DNA from: a virus | Taxonomy: Duplodnaviria > Caudoviricetes | Reading direction: 5' to 3' (one strand) | Virus record (IMG/VR): IMGVR_UViG_3300035498_000877 | Span: 225,235-289,234 of that record | Length of the DNA: 64,000 nt | Shown here: piece after piece, positions 9,358 to 21,400 of the stretch | Position numbering within the stretch: the stretch's first letter is position 1 | How the letters are laid out: the number at the start of each line of letters is the position of its first letter | Program-made: the position numbers and the translations under genes | The notes under the pieces: generated by a model | Told to the model about the DNA's origin: nothing | Seen by the model: the letters and a program-made list of their open reading frames with translations, nothing else | Databases searched by the model: none

Positions 9358-12300
9358 TTATTTAAATTTTATTTCATCTTTTATTTTTCTTTTAAGCTCT
9401 ATCATTACTTTCATTGCAGCACTAATTGCTAAAGAACTTCCAGTCATGCGGCGCGCTATGGTTCCAGGCGAAGTGAGAACGCTGATTTCTTCATCTGGTC
9501 TAAATTCAGAATATGGTTCATATCCTTTTGGTATTACTTCAGATATGATTTGTTTATTCGGACCATATAAAGCAACTTTATCTCCAACACCCATAACATC
9601 AGAATGTTCAATATAAATTTCAATTAGTACATCAATTCCTTTATTGCCTTTAATTGAATTATATTTATCTTTAACTGGCTCAGTAGAATCTTTGATAAAG
9701 TATCCTGCTTTATAAACATCACTATCTCCACTATCAAACTGAGATAGATATTCTTTTTTTGCGGTTCCCTTATCAAAGTATGATTGTACTATATTACCCA
9801 ATGATGGTGACAATTGCTCTGGTTGTAATAATGAATATACTTTAATATCTATTACTTTACCAGCATGATGGGCTTTAATATCATTACGTGTTTCTTCTTT
9901 AAGTAACTCTGCATTCTGGTCATTCAATTTATTTAAATAATCATTTAAAGCATCATCTTGCACAGAAGCATCAAACTTAATTAAAGAATCACCTATGTTA
10001 ACATGATCACCTATCTTCACCATATCAAGTATATTATTATGTCTCTTAAATTTACCTAATTCTTGATATACTATAAGAGTAGACATTCTTTCTGATAATT
10101 GCTCTGTACATATACCAGCATCTTCATATGTATTATATGTAGACATAAATGCTACTTTACATATTGGACCTATTGCATATCTTAAACCATTCATCTTAGA
10201 ATATTTAAAATATTTATCATGATAAGCTAAAGGTTCATCCTTTTTAAATGTTTGACCTACCTTAGTATTTACTAATGTAAGATTATTAGCTAAAAAGAAA
10301 GCACTGCTAGAGTTCTTTACTATTTCTGGATTAGTAGTAATAGCTTGTGTCTTACCGGATTTATATTGTACTACTATAAATCCCATGTCTTTATTTACAT
10401 CTATTACTTTACCATCTTCCTCAGCATTAATTACAAAGTCTGAAGATAAATTAAATTGAACAGCTTCATCATATCCATTAGAAATTAATGCTGGAGCTGC
10501 ATCTTTAACAGGTACCACATGGGCGCTTTGCTTACACGCTCGTATATATTGCTATACGACATATATGTTTAATATATGACTGACTATATCTTTATATCAT
10601 ATTCTGTTACCAAATATGATATACTGTACGTTTCGCTATTTAAGCTACTCTACTCACTTCTTCATATAGATATTTCTTCTATACTATGTTTTCGATAGTC
10701 GATGGATGTTAATCTGATATCAGATTAATAACTGCGGATTGACCATATATCTTTAACCTTTTTACCATACATGAGTAGTTACTTCATCCGCTATCTATGT
10801 CACCATGATAGTTTGGTAGTTAAAGCTCTTAGGCACCCAGTATTATCTAGATCACACATTTGTTTTGATTCGCATATTGTGTGCTTCCCCGCATTATGTA
10901 CAGTTTAACGTCGACAACAGTAAGCAATTTTAATTTATCGACGTGCGAATTGGATCATCGTTACGTGCAGTTCCTGGGGTTAGAAGTTCTACTGGTGAAA
11001 ATATATTTATATCCTGTAATGAATCAATATCATCTACAGGATCTCTATATCCCATTGCATTTGTTATTGTAGGTTCTACTACAAGACTTCTATTAACTCC
11101 AACATTAGCATCAGCCGATGTCGATATTGCTAATTTACCAACTGCAGATGGATCATAAGATCTCTTCTCTTTATCATATGAATAATCTGAGTTACTTCCT
11201 TTATAACCCTTAGTAGATATTGTACTTACTTTAGAAACTTCTACTACAGGATTTAATGTTGAATATGCTTCTACTGTCTTCTCTTTTATTAATGTACTGA
11301 TAACACAATTTTGTTTTAGTGTCATTGGTATCCTGCCACCACTGTTAACATGTGCCTTATATTGATTAGCAATACATGAATATAGAATAGCAGGAATCAT
11401 CTCTATACTACGAAGACGATATGAATTATCACAAGCTTTAGATACATATTTATTATCTGATAATAACTTAACAGCATGAATCATTAATCCAACTGAATCA
11501 TCAGGAAGATTTGTATCCTTACATACTTTCTTTGTTATTGGATCAACTAAGAATTCATAGAAACATTTAATCTCAGAAATAATTTTATATGTACCATATT
11601 CGCTGAATATGAAATCATCATAACTTTCTTCTGTATCAAACTGTTCAAAAGTGAATCTTTCTGGTTTAACTTTCTTTAATCCATTCAATATTAATTCAGC
11701 AAATGTTTGCGCTTGATATTCTAGTATGCCATTACTGAATCTAATATACTTGATAGCAGAAGTATCCTGAGGAGCTCGTTTCATATCAGGATGGAATTTC
11801 CAACTAATATTCATTCTATCCAATGTCTTACTGAGCCCTTGCCATATCATAAATATTACAACAATTGGAACTTCTTGGCCTGCCATCTTTGCTTGTACAT
11901 ACATAGCTTGTTTGCTTCCTTTGATGGAATTAAATAATTTCTGATCTTCATCTGATAAATTCTCTACAATAATATCAACTATTGTTCTACCATTTCTGTC
12001 CAATCCAGTATCTTCATTCATCAATATAGGAATCTTTCCATCTGTTCCAATAAAGAACTCATTACCTTTAATCTCTTTAGGTATTTGATCTGATAAATTA
12101 TCATTGATATAGTCTCTAGAGAAATATAATTCACAATCATTATTTTTGAATTTAAATATTCTCTTAGATAATTCATCATATTCAATAGTAGAAATATATT
12201 TCATATTTCCTTTAGTAGAATCTCCACTAGTAAACATATTAGCAGTTGCTGATTTCTTCATCAATGATAATACTCTTTCAATAGAAGAAAGTGATTTAGT

Positions 12301-14232
12301 AGCTACTCTAGTAACAGTTACTTTGTTATAGTTGGTTGTGACTATTACTGTATCAGGAGTATCCTTTACTAATGGATTATAAAAATTCTGTTTCAATATA
12401 ATCCACTTAGTTCCATTAATATACATAAATCTATTATCTTGGAACTTAGGAATATCTACTTTCATATTATATTTCTTCTTTTCATTGTTAGTGATTGTAA
12501 CTGTCCATGTTTCTTTTAGATTAAGAGAATCAGAAGAATCTTTAATATCAATATTAGTAATATAGAAAGAATTCTCTTTATCTTTGAGCATATCAAAACA
12601 TTCAACTAGTTGCGGCACATATAATTCATCAAGATATGTTTTTTCAAAGTTAGCAAATTTAGTAGTAGTCATATTCTTATTAGAAGTATGCATTACTTTA
12701 GATTTATCACTAGTCTGTATTGGAACTCTGGTAGTATCCATTGATAATATCTCTTCTACTGTAGAATTTTTAACTACTACTTTCTTTTGCTCTTCTCTTA
12801 ACTTCTGATCTCTTTCACTATTAGCTGATATTATCTTATTATCTTTCTTAGGAGCATTATTAGATTGAATCTCATCTAATATTTCTTCTTTTACTTCATC
12901 ATCATTTAATAGTACATCTTCAGCACCATTACTAATAGCATCTTCTTCGTCTTCCAATTCCTCTTTAGTAATAAGATCATCTTCTTCATCTATATCATTA
13001 TCTTGATCATCATCAATCATAATGCTAGTACGCTGTTGTAATGGTTCATATCCAGATATAGCTTTGAATAATCTCTTCTGTTTATCAGTTATATTATCAC
13101 TAGCAGGATTAATTCTAGTAATTGGTTTATCCAAATTCTTAGTAAATATATTATCATCTTTCTTTTTATCAGGAGTAAAACTTCTTCCTGATATTTGTTT
13201 CTGAGTATCTTTAATCTCATCATCAATTTTATCAATCTTAGATATCTTCTCTTTTAATTTATTCTCAACAGCATTTGCTACAGTAACTTTTACATTCGGA
13301 GATGATAGTTTTGTATATGGAGCTACTGTATCTTTTACTATTGAAGATATAGTTATATCTTTTGATGTTGGATCAATTTCTTCTTGCTCTTCTTTAGATA
13401 ATGATTTTGTATAATCATCAAGATTAGCATTCATTATTCTAAATAAAGCAATCTTAAATTTATTCCATTGACTTGCATCAGTAATCTTAGCAGGATTAAA
13501 TTTCATAAACATTCTACTTGAATAAACAAGCATATCCATATCTACCTGTAATGTAGCTAATGATCTAGTTCTCATATATGCTAAGTACATTAGATACAAA
13601 GGATTTGTTTTATTGTCTTTCAATGATGAATCCTGACTAAATGCAAATCTATCACTGTCTATAATCATAATACGGTGATTATCATCATTACCTTTATACT
13701 TATCTAATGGCTCTGGTGTATACTCAGATAATATTGAATTTAATTCTTTCCAGAATGATGTATAATTTATTTTGGCAGAAAATTTATTCATAATAGGCTG
13801 AGCTTTACTATATATATCCGATAGACAGAAAAATACATTTTCTCCTGTATTTGGTATTGTCTTAGTAGCTACAGGTTTCGTTGTAGTACGTGACTTAATT
13901 TCTTTTGATCTTGATGATGATTCTTTCTTCACATTAAAGAATAATCTTCTACCCATAAATCTTCTACTTACAATCCATGGATAATAAAATCTTCGATATG
14001 ATGGTGGTGATACAAATTTCTTATTTGCTATCATACTTAATGCTGAATCGAATGTATCAGTTAATAGATATATGATATTTCCTTTCCCATCAGGTAATCT
14101 GACTTGATTTGCATAAAGTTTATTGAAATCCGTTTTACCATATCTGAAAGCTTCATTATAATATGAACCTTCAATTGAATTGAGATAATAAACTCCATAA
14201 TCTAAATTTTCAAATAATACTTCATCAGTCAT
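9358..14232 (-). CDS. DNA-directed RNA polymerase beta subunit, probably virion RNAP (phiKZ gp178-like); exons 14232-10937 and 10540-9358, 1492 aa spliced
   Basis: Beta motifs FMYINGTKWIILKQ, STSADANVG, NDDPIRTSI|ACKQSAHVVP (restored by splicing), YNTYEDA, GDKVALYGPNKQII, PGTIARRM. Size, N-terminal extension and proximity to the protease favour the virion enzyme. Confidence 0.85.
10541..10936 (-). mobile_element. Group I intron (396 nt, no ORF) in RNAP beta
   Basis: Exon end ACGTCGAT pairs with IGS GTCGACGT (U.G at splice site); terminal G; core elements AATGCGGGGAA, CAATCCGCAG, TCGACTATC, AAGATATAGTC; splicing restores the frame. Confidence 0.9.
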
Positions 14233-14405
14233 CTATTCATCGTTCCTTTCTTATAATTTTGAAATTACATTTAAGAGCTTGTGAGTCAGTTATGATTAAA
14301 CTATTTTATAATGTAATATAAAGTAACATTTTTATCTGAACTAATTATAGATATATTACAAAATTTCATATTTAAAAAATTTCAATATTGAAAGGAGAAA
14401 TTATT

Positions 14406-15404
14406 ATGGCAAAAAAGTATACTGGCTCCCAAGCCTTGTTAACATTTATGCAGATTGTCCAGGCAGAACTTGGTAAAAAAGTTTCTATTGCTGATTTGTT
14501 AACATCACTTGAGAATTATGATTCAACTAATGATGCGAACAAAGCAGTTGCAGCTTCAGTTATAGTAGAATTGAAGACAACTCTTGATTCATTCGTGGAT
14601 GAAGATGGAAAAGTAACTGCTGACTTTATTGGAGATCTTACTGTTGACGATATTGTTAAGACAGCTGATGTTGTTGGTTCACTTGATGATATCACCGATG
14701 ACAATAAGGACACAGCTATAGTATCTGGATCTGTAGCAAAAGAACTCGATGGCAAGATTGATGATATTTTATCTACTATTTCTGGTATCACAGGTGATGA
14801 AGGTAAAGTTGCAACATCTGAAGATGCTGAGAAGTTAGGTGGTCAGGAAGCATCTTACTATGCATCAGCCGAATCTGTAACTGCAGTTTCAGATAAGGTA
14901 GATGAGCTTTCTAAGACAGTTGAAGAAACATACGAAACAAAAGATGAAGCGAAAGCTATTGCTGATGATGTTGCTGAAATTAAGAAAGATTATGCTACTT
15001 CAGCTGCTGTTGCAGAGACATATGCTACAAAGCAATCTGTATCTGATCTCTCTGATACTGTTGATTCAGTTAAAGATAATTATGTAACAAAATCTTCAAT
15101 CCTTGATTCAAATGGACTAATTGATTCTACAGTACTTCCTTCATATGTAGATGATGTTGTTGAAGGTTACCTTGTAACTGGTGATGACAGCTCTCTTACA
15201 TTCTATGAAGATGCAGAGCACACAACTGCTATTACTGGCGAGCGTGGAAAGATCTATATTGATATCACTGAAGGATCTAATAGATCTTATAGATTCTCAG
15301 GATCTACTTATGTTGAAATTACATCAACAGATATGGTAGAGCTTACCTCTGATGAAATTCAGGCTATTTGGGATGAAGTTGCAGCTGAAGATAGTGATTC
15401 TTAA
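14406..15404 (+). CDS. Probable virion fibre/decoration protein
   Basis: AAAGGAGA RBS; coiled-coil middle; C-terminal LPSYVDDVVEGY...GKIYID...YRFSGSTYVEI module typical of phage fibre proteins; N-terminus resembles the poly-G cassette genes. Confidence 0.55.
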   Translation: MAKKYTGSQALLTFMQIVQAELGKKVSIADLLTSLENYDSTNDANKAVAASVIVELKTTLDSFVDEDGKVTADFIGDLTVDDIVKTADVVGSLDDITDDNKDTAIVSGSVAKELDGKIDDILSTISGITGDEGKVATSEDAEKLGGQEASYYASAESVTAVSDKVDELSKTVEETYETKDEAKAIADDVAEIKKDYATSAAVAETYATKQSVSDLSDTVDSVKDNYVTKSSILDSNGLIDSTVLPSYVDDVVEGYLVTGDDSSLTFYEDAEHTTAITGERGKIYIDITEGSNRSYRFSGSTYVEITSTDMVELTSDEIQAIWDEVAAEDSDS

Positions 15405-15484
15405 TAGATTACTTGATTCAACTAATTTATCTTATGTAACGTATTAATTAGAACAAATAAAAAATTACTCTTATGCCTATTATA

Positions 15485-15520
15485 GAAGAGAGGGTTACCC
15501 ACCCTCTCTTCATTTTTCTT
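15485..15520 (+). terminator. Intrinsic terminator
   Basis: GAAGAGAGGGT/ACCCTCTCTTC plus T tract. Confidence 0.7.
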
Positions 15521-15593
15521 TTGTATTTTAAATATATATTATTTATATAAGAAGCAACAATTAAAATATTAAAAGAAAGGAAGTTAAAAATAT

Positions 15594-17018
15594 ATGGCAA
15601 AAAATTATGGTAGTCTTGAATCACTGTACAAAGAATTCTTAGATAATGATGACAACCATGATTCGTATTTAATGAATAATGGTAGTGATTGGAGGAATGA
15701 TGAGGACGCTGTATCTTTTATGACTGAAGAAGATTTAGCCAAGATACATAATAAAGAAGAAGAACTTGGATTGAAGCCAGATAACAAATCTAAGGTTACT
15801 GGTACTGGTAATGAATCACATTTTAAGATTTATAATAAAAGAAGAGTTCATAAGTATACAGATGCAGAAATGGAAGCAATGAAAAAATCATGTGAGGCTA
15901 CAATTGTAAATGATTATGGTGAAAATGATTTCTTCCATATGTCTGATGAGGAACGTGAACGTATTGATATAATGTCAGAGATTGCAAATGAACTTGCACA
16001 GGTTAGAACTATATATAGAAAACCTGATAAGTATGTAACAGCAATGAGATCTGTAATGAGAGCATGGTCTATTCTAGAAAAAGGAAATTATCTTCATTCA
16101 AAGAAAGAATTCTATGAATTAGTATCATCTGGTAATATATATTCAAATAGAATTATTATGCCCAAGCTAAAGAATATTGATGGTTTCAATACAGATGTAA
16201 TAGCTGAGTATATCTACAACACTGATTTAGACCCAGATGATCTTGTTAAAGATGAAGCTAAAAATGATTTTGATTCATGGTTTAATGATTTTGAAAATGA
16301 GGAGGAAGAAACGCCGGAAGAGAAGTTGGAACGATTATTATCTCCAGAAGAGATTGAGTATATTGATGGTAAACTCAATACTGAAGAAAATGAGAAAATG
16401 GTTCCAGTGCAAAATCTAGAAAAGAAATATATTAAGAATTATGATCAGAAATCTTTTAGATTCAATATTAAGAAAAAGAAGAAAAATACTGATTCAAAAT
16501 TTGAGAAACGTATTAAAGATGTCAATCATAAGATGCTTAATAGATTACAAAGTGAAACAATTAGACTTGCTAATTCATATGATCTCAATAGAAGTTATTT
16601 ATTATCAAATAGCATATTTGATGCAGAGAAGAAGAAAGAATCTAATCTTGATAAAGTCAGGTTTAATGGTGACTGGACAAAAGATGATGATGTTGAATTA
16701 TATGAATTACAACTTCTTGGTGCATGGCTTGATGATAGAAGCCAAGAAAATAAATTTAAATTGAATTCTGATATCATGCTTGATAATTTCTTCAAAGATA
16801 TGGAGAACCAAGGAATGAATGTTATTAAACTCAGAAGAGCTATGGGACATGATGATGATTCATTAACTAATGAAACTAAATTAAGAAAGATTAAGACCAA
16901 TAAGAAATTAGAGGCAGCAATTATACAAAGGATTACAAAGCTTAATAATAATGATAAGTTTAAGAAGCTTGTAAAGAAAGTAGAAAAGGGAATTAATAAA
17001 GGATATGAAGATGACTAA
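15594..17018 (+). CDS. Hypothetical protein
   Basis: 474-aa charged ORF with RBS and upstream TATATTAT. Confidence 0.75.
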   Translation: MAKNYGSLESLYKEFLDNDDNHDSYLMNNGSDWRNDEDAVSFMTEEDLAKIHNKEEELGLKPDNKSKVTGTGNESHFKIYNKRRVHKYTDAEMEAMKKSCEATIVNDYGENDFFHMSDEERERIDIMSEIANELAQVRTIYRKPDKYVTAMRSVMRAWSILEKGNYLHSKKEFYELVSSGNIYSNRIIMPKLKNIDGFNTDVIAEYIYNTDLDPDDLVKDEAKNDFDSWFNDFENEEEETPEEKLERLLSPEEIEYIDGKLNTEENEKMVPVQNLEKKYIKNYDQKSFRFNIKKKKKNTDSKFEKRIKDVNHKMLNRLQSETIRLANSYDLNRSYLLSNSIFDAEKKKESNLDKVRFNGDWTKDDDVELYELQLLGAWLDDRSQENKFKLNSDIMLDNFFKDMENQGMNVIKLRRAMGHDDDSLTNETKLRKIKTNKKLEAAIIQRITKLNNNDKFKKLVKKVEKGINKGYEDD

Positions 17019-17053
17019 ATAAAATAATATTAAAAAGAAAGGAAAAATAAAAT

Positions 17054-17647
17054 ATGAAAATAACAATGCCGGTAGAAATATATACTGATGGATCATGTCT
17101 AAGAAATCCAGGTGGTGTAGGTGGACTAGCTTATATCATTCGGTATTACGAGGATTGTGGAGTAGATCAGATGCCAAAAGAACATACTATTGAATTTAAC
17201 CAGGGATATCGATCTACTACTAATAATAGAATGGAAGTAATGGCTTTTATTCTAGCTTGTAAGTGCCTCATTAATAAAGTTGAAACAAAAGAGTTTGAGA
17301 ATGTTAGACAAATAAATGCTTGGTCTGATTCAGAGTACTTTGTTAATCCTATAAATAAGAAATGGATCAATAAATGGGAAGAAAATAACTGGATGACTTC
17401 AGGATTCAAAGGAAGCAAACCTACTGATATAAAGAATAAAGATTTATGGGTACAGATTATAGATCTTCAGAAACAACTTAAGGCAATGGGCATTATATTA
17501 AACATATCTCATGTTAAAGGACATAATGGAGATGAGTTTAATGAAAAATGTGATAAATTAGCTGTAGCTGCATCCAATGGAACAACATTTGTAATAGATG
17601 AAATGTATGAGAAGACAACTAATATTGCAAATGTTAGAAATTGGTAA
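17054..17647 (+). CDS. rnhA: Ribonuclease HI
   Basis: IYTDGSC, TTNNRME, SDSEY, KNKDLW, HVKGH, NEKCDKLA. Confidence 0.95.
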   Translation: MKITMPVEIYTDGSCLRNPGGVGGLAYIIRYYEDCGVDQMPKEHTIEFNQGYRSTTNNRMEVMAFILACKCLINKVETKEFENVRQINAWSDSEYFVNPINKKWINKWEENNWMTSGFKGSKPTDIKNKDLWVQIIDLQKQLKAMGIILNISHVKGHNGDEFNEKCDKLAVAASNGTTFVIDEMYEKTTNIANVRNW

Positions 17648-17661
17648 AAGGAGTGATTTAT

Positions 17662-17808
17662 ATGAGTTATGATGATCTAACTTTATTACCATGCATAAAT
17701 GGAGTAACTGTATATGGTGATAAAAAGTTTGAAGATTATGGATTAATTCCATTAAACTCAGATGAAATTACAGCATTAGAATTAGAAGTATTTGGTTATG
17801 TACTATAA
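17662..17808 (+). CDS. Small 48-aa protein not in the ORF track
   Basis: AAGGAG RBS; MSYDDLTLLPCINGVTVYGDKKFEDYGLIPLNSDEITALELEVFGYVL; followed directly by a terminator. Confidence 0.6.
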   Translation: MSYDDLTLLPCINGVTVYGDKKFEDYGLIPLNSDEITALELEVFGYVL

Positions 17809-17810
17809 CA

Positions 17811-17850
17811 GTATATCCCTAGGAATTTTCCTAGGGATATACATTTTTAT
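17811..17850 (+). terminator. Intrinsic terminator
   Basis: GTATATCCCTAGGAA/TTCCTAGGGATATAC plus T tract. Confidence 0.7.
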
Positions 17851-17933
17851 TTTTCTATGTTCGAGAAAATTTAAAAATATTTTTTTCGTGTCAATATAAT
17901 AAATCTAAAAAATTTGAAAGGAGTAATAATTTA

Positions 17934-18446
17934 ATGAACTACCATAATATTACAAAAAATGACATGAAGAATGGACCTGGATTAAGAGTAGTTCTATGGT
18001 TAGCTGGATGTGATCATCATTGTAAAGGATGTCATAATAAAGTAACATGGGATCCAAATGATGGTATTTTATTTGATGAAGCAGCTAAAGAAGAATTATT
18101 CAAATATCTAGATCAAGATCATATATCAGGATTAACATTGTCTGGAGGAGATCCTTTACACATAGCAAATGCAGTCGACGTATTAAATCTATTATCTGAA
18201 GTAAAAGAAAAATTTCCAAATAAAACAATTTGGCTTTATACTGGATATACTATTGAATATATTCAACAAAATAAATTATTATCTGATGTATTGCAGTATA
18301 TAGATGTATTAGTAGATGGAGAATTTGTAGAAGAATTAAAAGATGTAAATTATCACTGGGCTGGCTCAACAAATCAGCGAGTGATTAATATAAAAGAAAC
18401 TTTAAAGAAAGGAAGTATAATTGTATATGAAAACACAAATATTTGA
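17934..18446 (+). CDS. nrdG: Anaerobic ribonucleotide reductase activating protein
   Basis: NGPGLRVVLW, radical-SAM CDHHCKGC, LSGGDPL, GSTNQR. Confidence 0.95.
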   Translation: MNYHNITKNDMKNGPGLRVVLWLAGCDHHCKGCHNKVTWDPNDGILFDEAAKEELFKYLDQDHISGLTLSGGDPLHIANAVDVLNLLSEVKEKFPNKTIWLYTGYTIEYIQQNKLLSDVLQYIDVLVDGEFVEELKDVNYHWAGSTNQRVINIKETLKKGSIIVYENTNI

Positions 18447-21400
18447 TAAAATATTCATGGATGAAGATACATACTATTTGAATGATGAAAAAATAAAAGT
18501 AATCAAGAAAGATGGTACTATACAAAACTTCAATCCCGAGAAAATAATTATTGCAGTAGATAAATCAGCAAGTAGAATGATGAAGAAATTAACTGCTGAG
18601 CAGAATAATAATCTAGTTCTAATGGTATTAAATGAGATTCAAGAAATGAATCAATCACAAATACAGATTGCTGATATGCATAAAATAATGGAAAAAGTAT
18701 TGGAGCAGTTTGATCCAGTGATTGCTAAATCATATAAAGACTATAGAAACTATAAAGTTGACTTTATTAATATGATGGATGCAAGTTATCGTAAGAGTCA
18801 ATCTATTAGATTCATTGGTGATAAGGATAATGCCAATACTGACTCAGCATTAGTAGCAACTAAACGTTGTTTGATATTCAATGATTTCAATAAACGATTA
18901 TACAGAAAATTCTTTATGACAGTAGATGAACTCCAAGCATGTAATGATGGATACATTTATGTACATGATCAATCTGCACGACTTGATACGATGAACTGTC
19001 TATCACGATCAACCAAATTTATTACGGATCAAGGAATTAAATCATTTTATGATTTTGATGATGGCGATACAGTCTGCGTAATATCTCATAAAGGAATATG
19101 GAGAAATGCAACAGTACATTCATATGGAGAACAACAGGTCCATACTGTAGTATTTGAAAGATGTGATGAAGGTTTAACTATACCAGTAGAAGTAACTCCA
19201 AATCATAGATGGATATTGCAAGATGGATCTGTAACTACAGATTTGAAAGTTGGAGATATAACATGGCCTACTCCAGAAAATCCATTTACTCCTAGTGAGG
19301 GTCATGGTTTAGGATGGAAAGTAATATGTATTACTTCTGAATCAACTAAGAATAAAGTATGGTGTCTTGATGTTGAAGAAGATCATAGTTTCTTATTAGA
19401 ATATGGAATTCCAACTGGAAATTGCTGCCTCTTTGATGCAGAAAATGTGATGAAAAATGGATTTGAAATGGGTAATATATGGTATAATGAACCTAACTAT
19501 CTTGATACTGCATTTGATGTATTGGGTGATATTATATTATCAGCAGCATCCCAACAGTATGGTGGATTTACTGTACCTGAAGTAGATAAATTATTATCAC
19601 CATATGCATCTAAATCATACTATAGATATTATGATGAGTATATAGAACAGATAAATGATTTAGTAGATGATGATACTGTTGAAGTAAAAGTTCCATATGG
19701 AAGAATATACAATAAAGCTGATGTATATGCAATGAAGAAAGTAACAAGAGAATTTGAACAAGGATTCCAAGGAATAGAAATGAAACTAAATACTGTTGGT
19801 AGTAGTAGAGGTGATTATCCATTTATAACTATGACATTTGGATTAGCCACTGATAAGTTTGGTAAGTTAGCAAGTTCTACTTTCTTAAAGGTACATATGA
19901 ATGGTCAAGGAAAACCAGGATTCAAGAAACCTGTTCTATTTCCTAAACTTGTATTCTTATATGATGAAAATTTACATGGAGAAGGAAAAGAGAATGAAGA
20001 CATTTATGAGTTAGCAATTGAATGTTCTTCTAAAACAATGTATCCTGATTGGTTATCATTGACTGGAGAAGGATATGTTCCATCTATGTATAAGAAGTAT
20101 GGAAGAGTTATATCGCCTATGGGTAAGTGCATATTAGCCCATGTAAAACATCTTCAAACCAATTGCTTGTTGGGTGTGGCTTAATAAAGCTGCTAACAGA
20201 TAGGTCTTAGGGAGAAGAGATTTGATGATCTGAGATGAAGCTGTGCCAAGCCTCTATAAAGAGGAAAGGTCAATCGACTAAACGTGATGAGTGTAGCGTT
20301 GTAGGGTTGGAGATAAGCACCAACTCCAAAAGGAGATGCCCGTTGATGGATTTGGCAAATCTGGAGGGAAGAGATAGTCAGTATATATGGTGACATATAA
20401 TAATACGTGTAGAGCATTTCTATCACCTTGGTATGAGAGAGGTGGAATGAAACCTGCTGACGATGACGATAAACCAGTATTTGTTGGTAGGTTTAATATT
20501 GGAGCAGTATCATTACATTTACCAATGATATTAGCAAAATCAAGAAAAGAGAATAAAGACTTCTATGAGGTACTAGATTATTATCTAGAGATGATTAGAG
20601 GAATACATAAACGTACATATGATTATTTGGGAGAGATGAAAGCTAGTACAAATCCTCTAGGATACTGTGAAGGTGGTTTCTATGGTGGACATCTAAATCC
20701 TCATGATAAGATTAAACCAATATTGAAACCAATGACTGCATCATTTGGTATTACAGCATTAAATGAATTACAGCAGCTATACAATGGAAAATCAATTACA
20801 GAAGATGGAGAATTTGCATTAGAAGTAATGAATTACATAAATTACAAAGTTAATAAGTTTAAAGAGGAAGATGGATATCTATATGCATTATATGGAACAC
20901 CAGCTGAATCATTATGTTTTACTGGTGATACATTAGTAAATACTGAAAATGGAACTACTAAGATATCTGAACTTAAAGAGGGAGATAAAGTATATTCATA
21001 TAATAATGAAACTAAAGAGATAGAATTAAAACCTGTTGGAGCAGCTAGAGAAACTAGAAAGGAAGCAGTTGTAATTAATTTAACTTTCCAGAATGGAACT
21101 ATAGTTGAATGTACGCCTGATCATCCTTTTGGAGCTATAAATGCATATGGTGAACTTAAATGGGTTAAAGCAGAAGACTTAAGAAGATTCCACAAAGTAA
21201 AAACCATTAATGGATTCACAAAGATACATGATATACAAAGAGTATTAAAATTGCAGACTGTATACAATATAGAAGTAGAAGATAATAATAACTACTTTGT
21301 CGGTGGTGATGATGCAATATTAGTACATAATTGTGGACTACAAATAAAACAATTCAGACAGTTATATGGTATAGTAGAAAATGTTTCTGATAGACCATAT

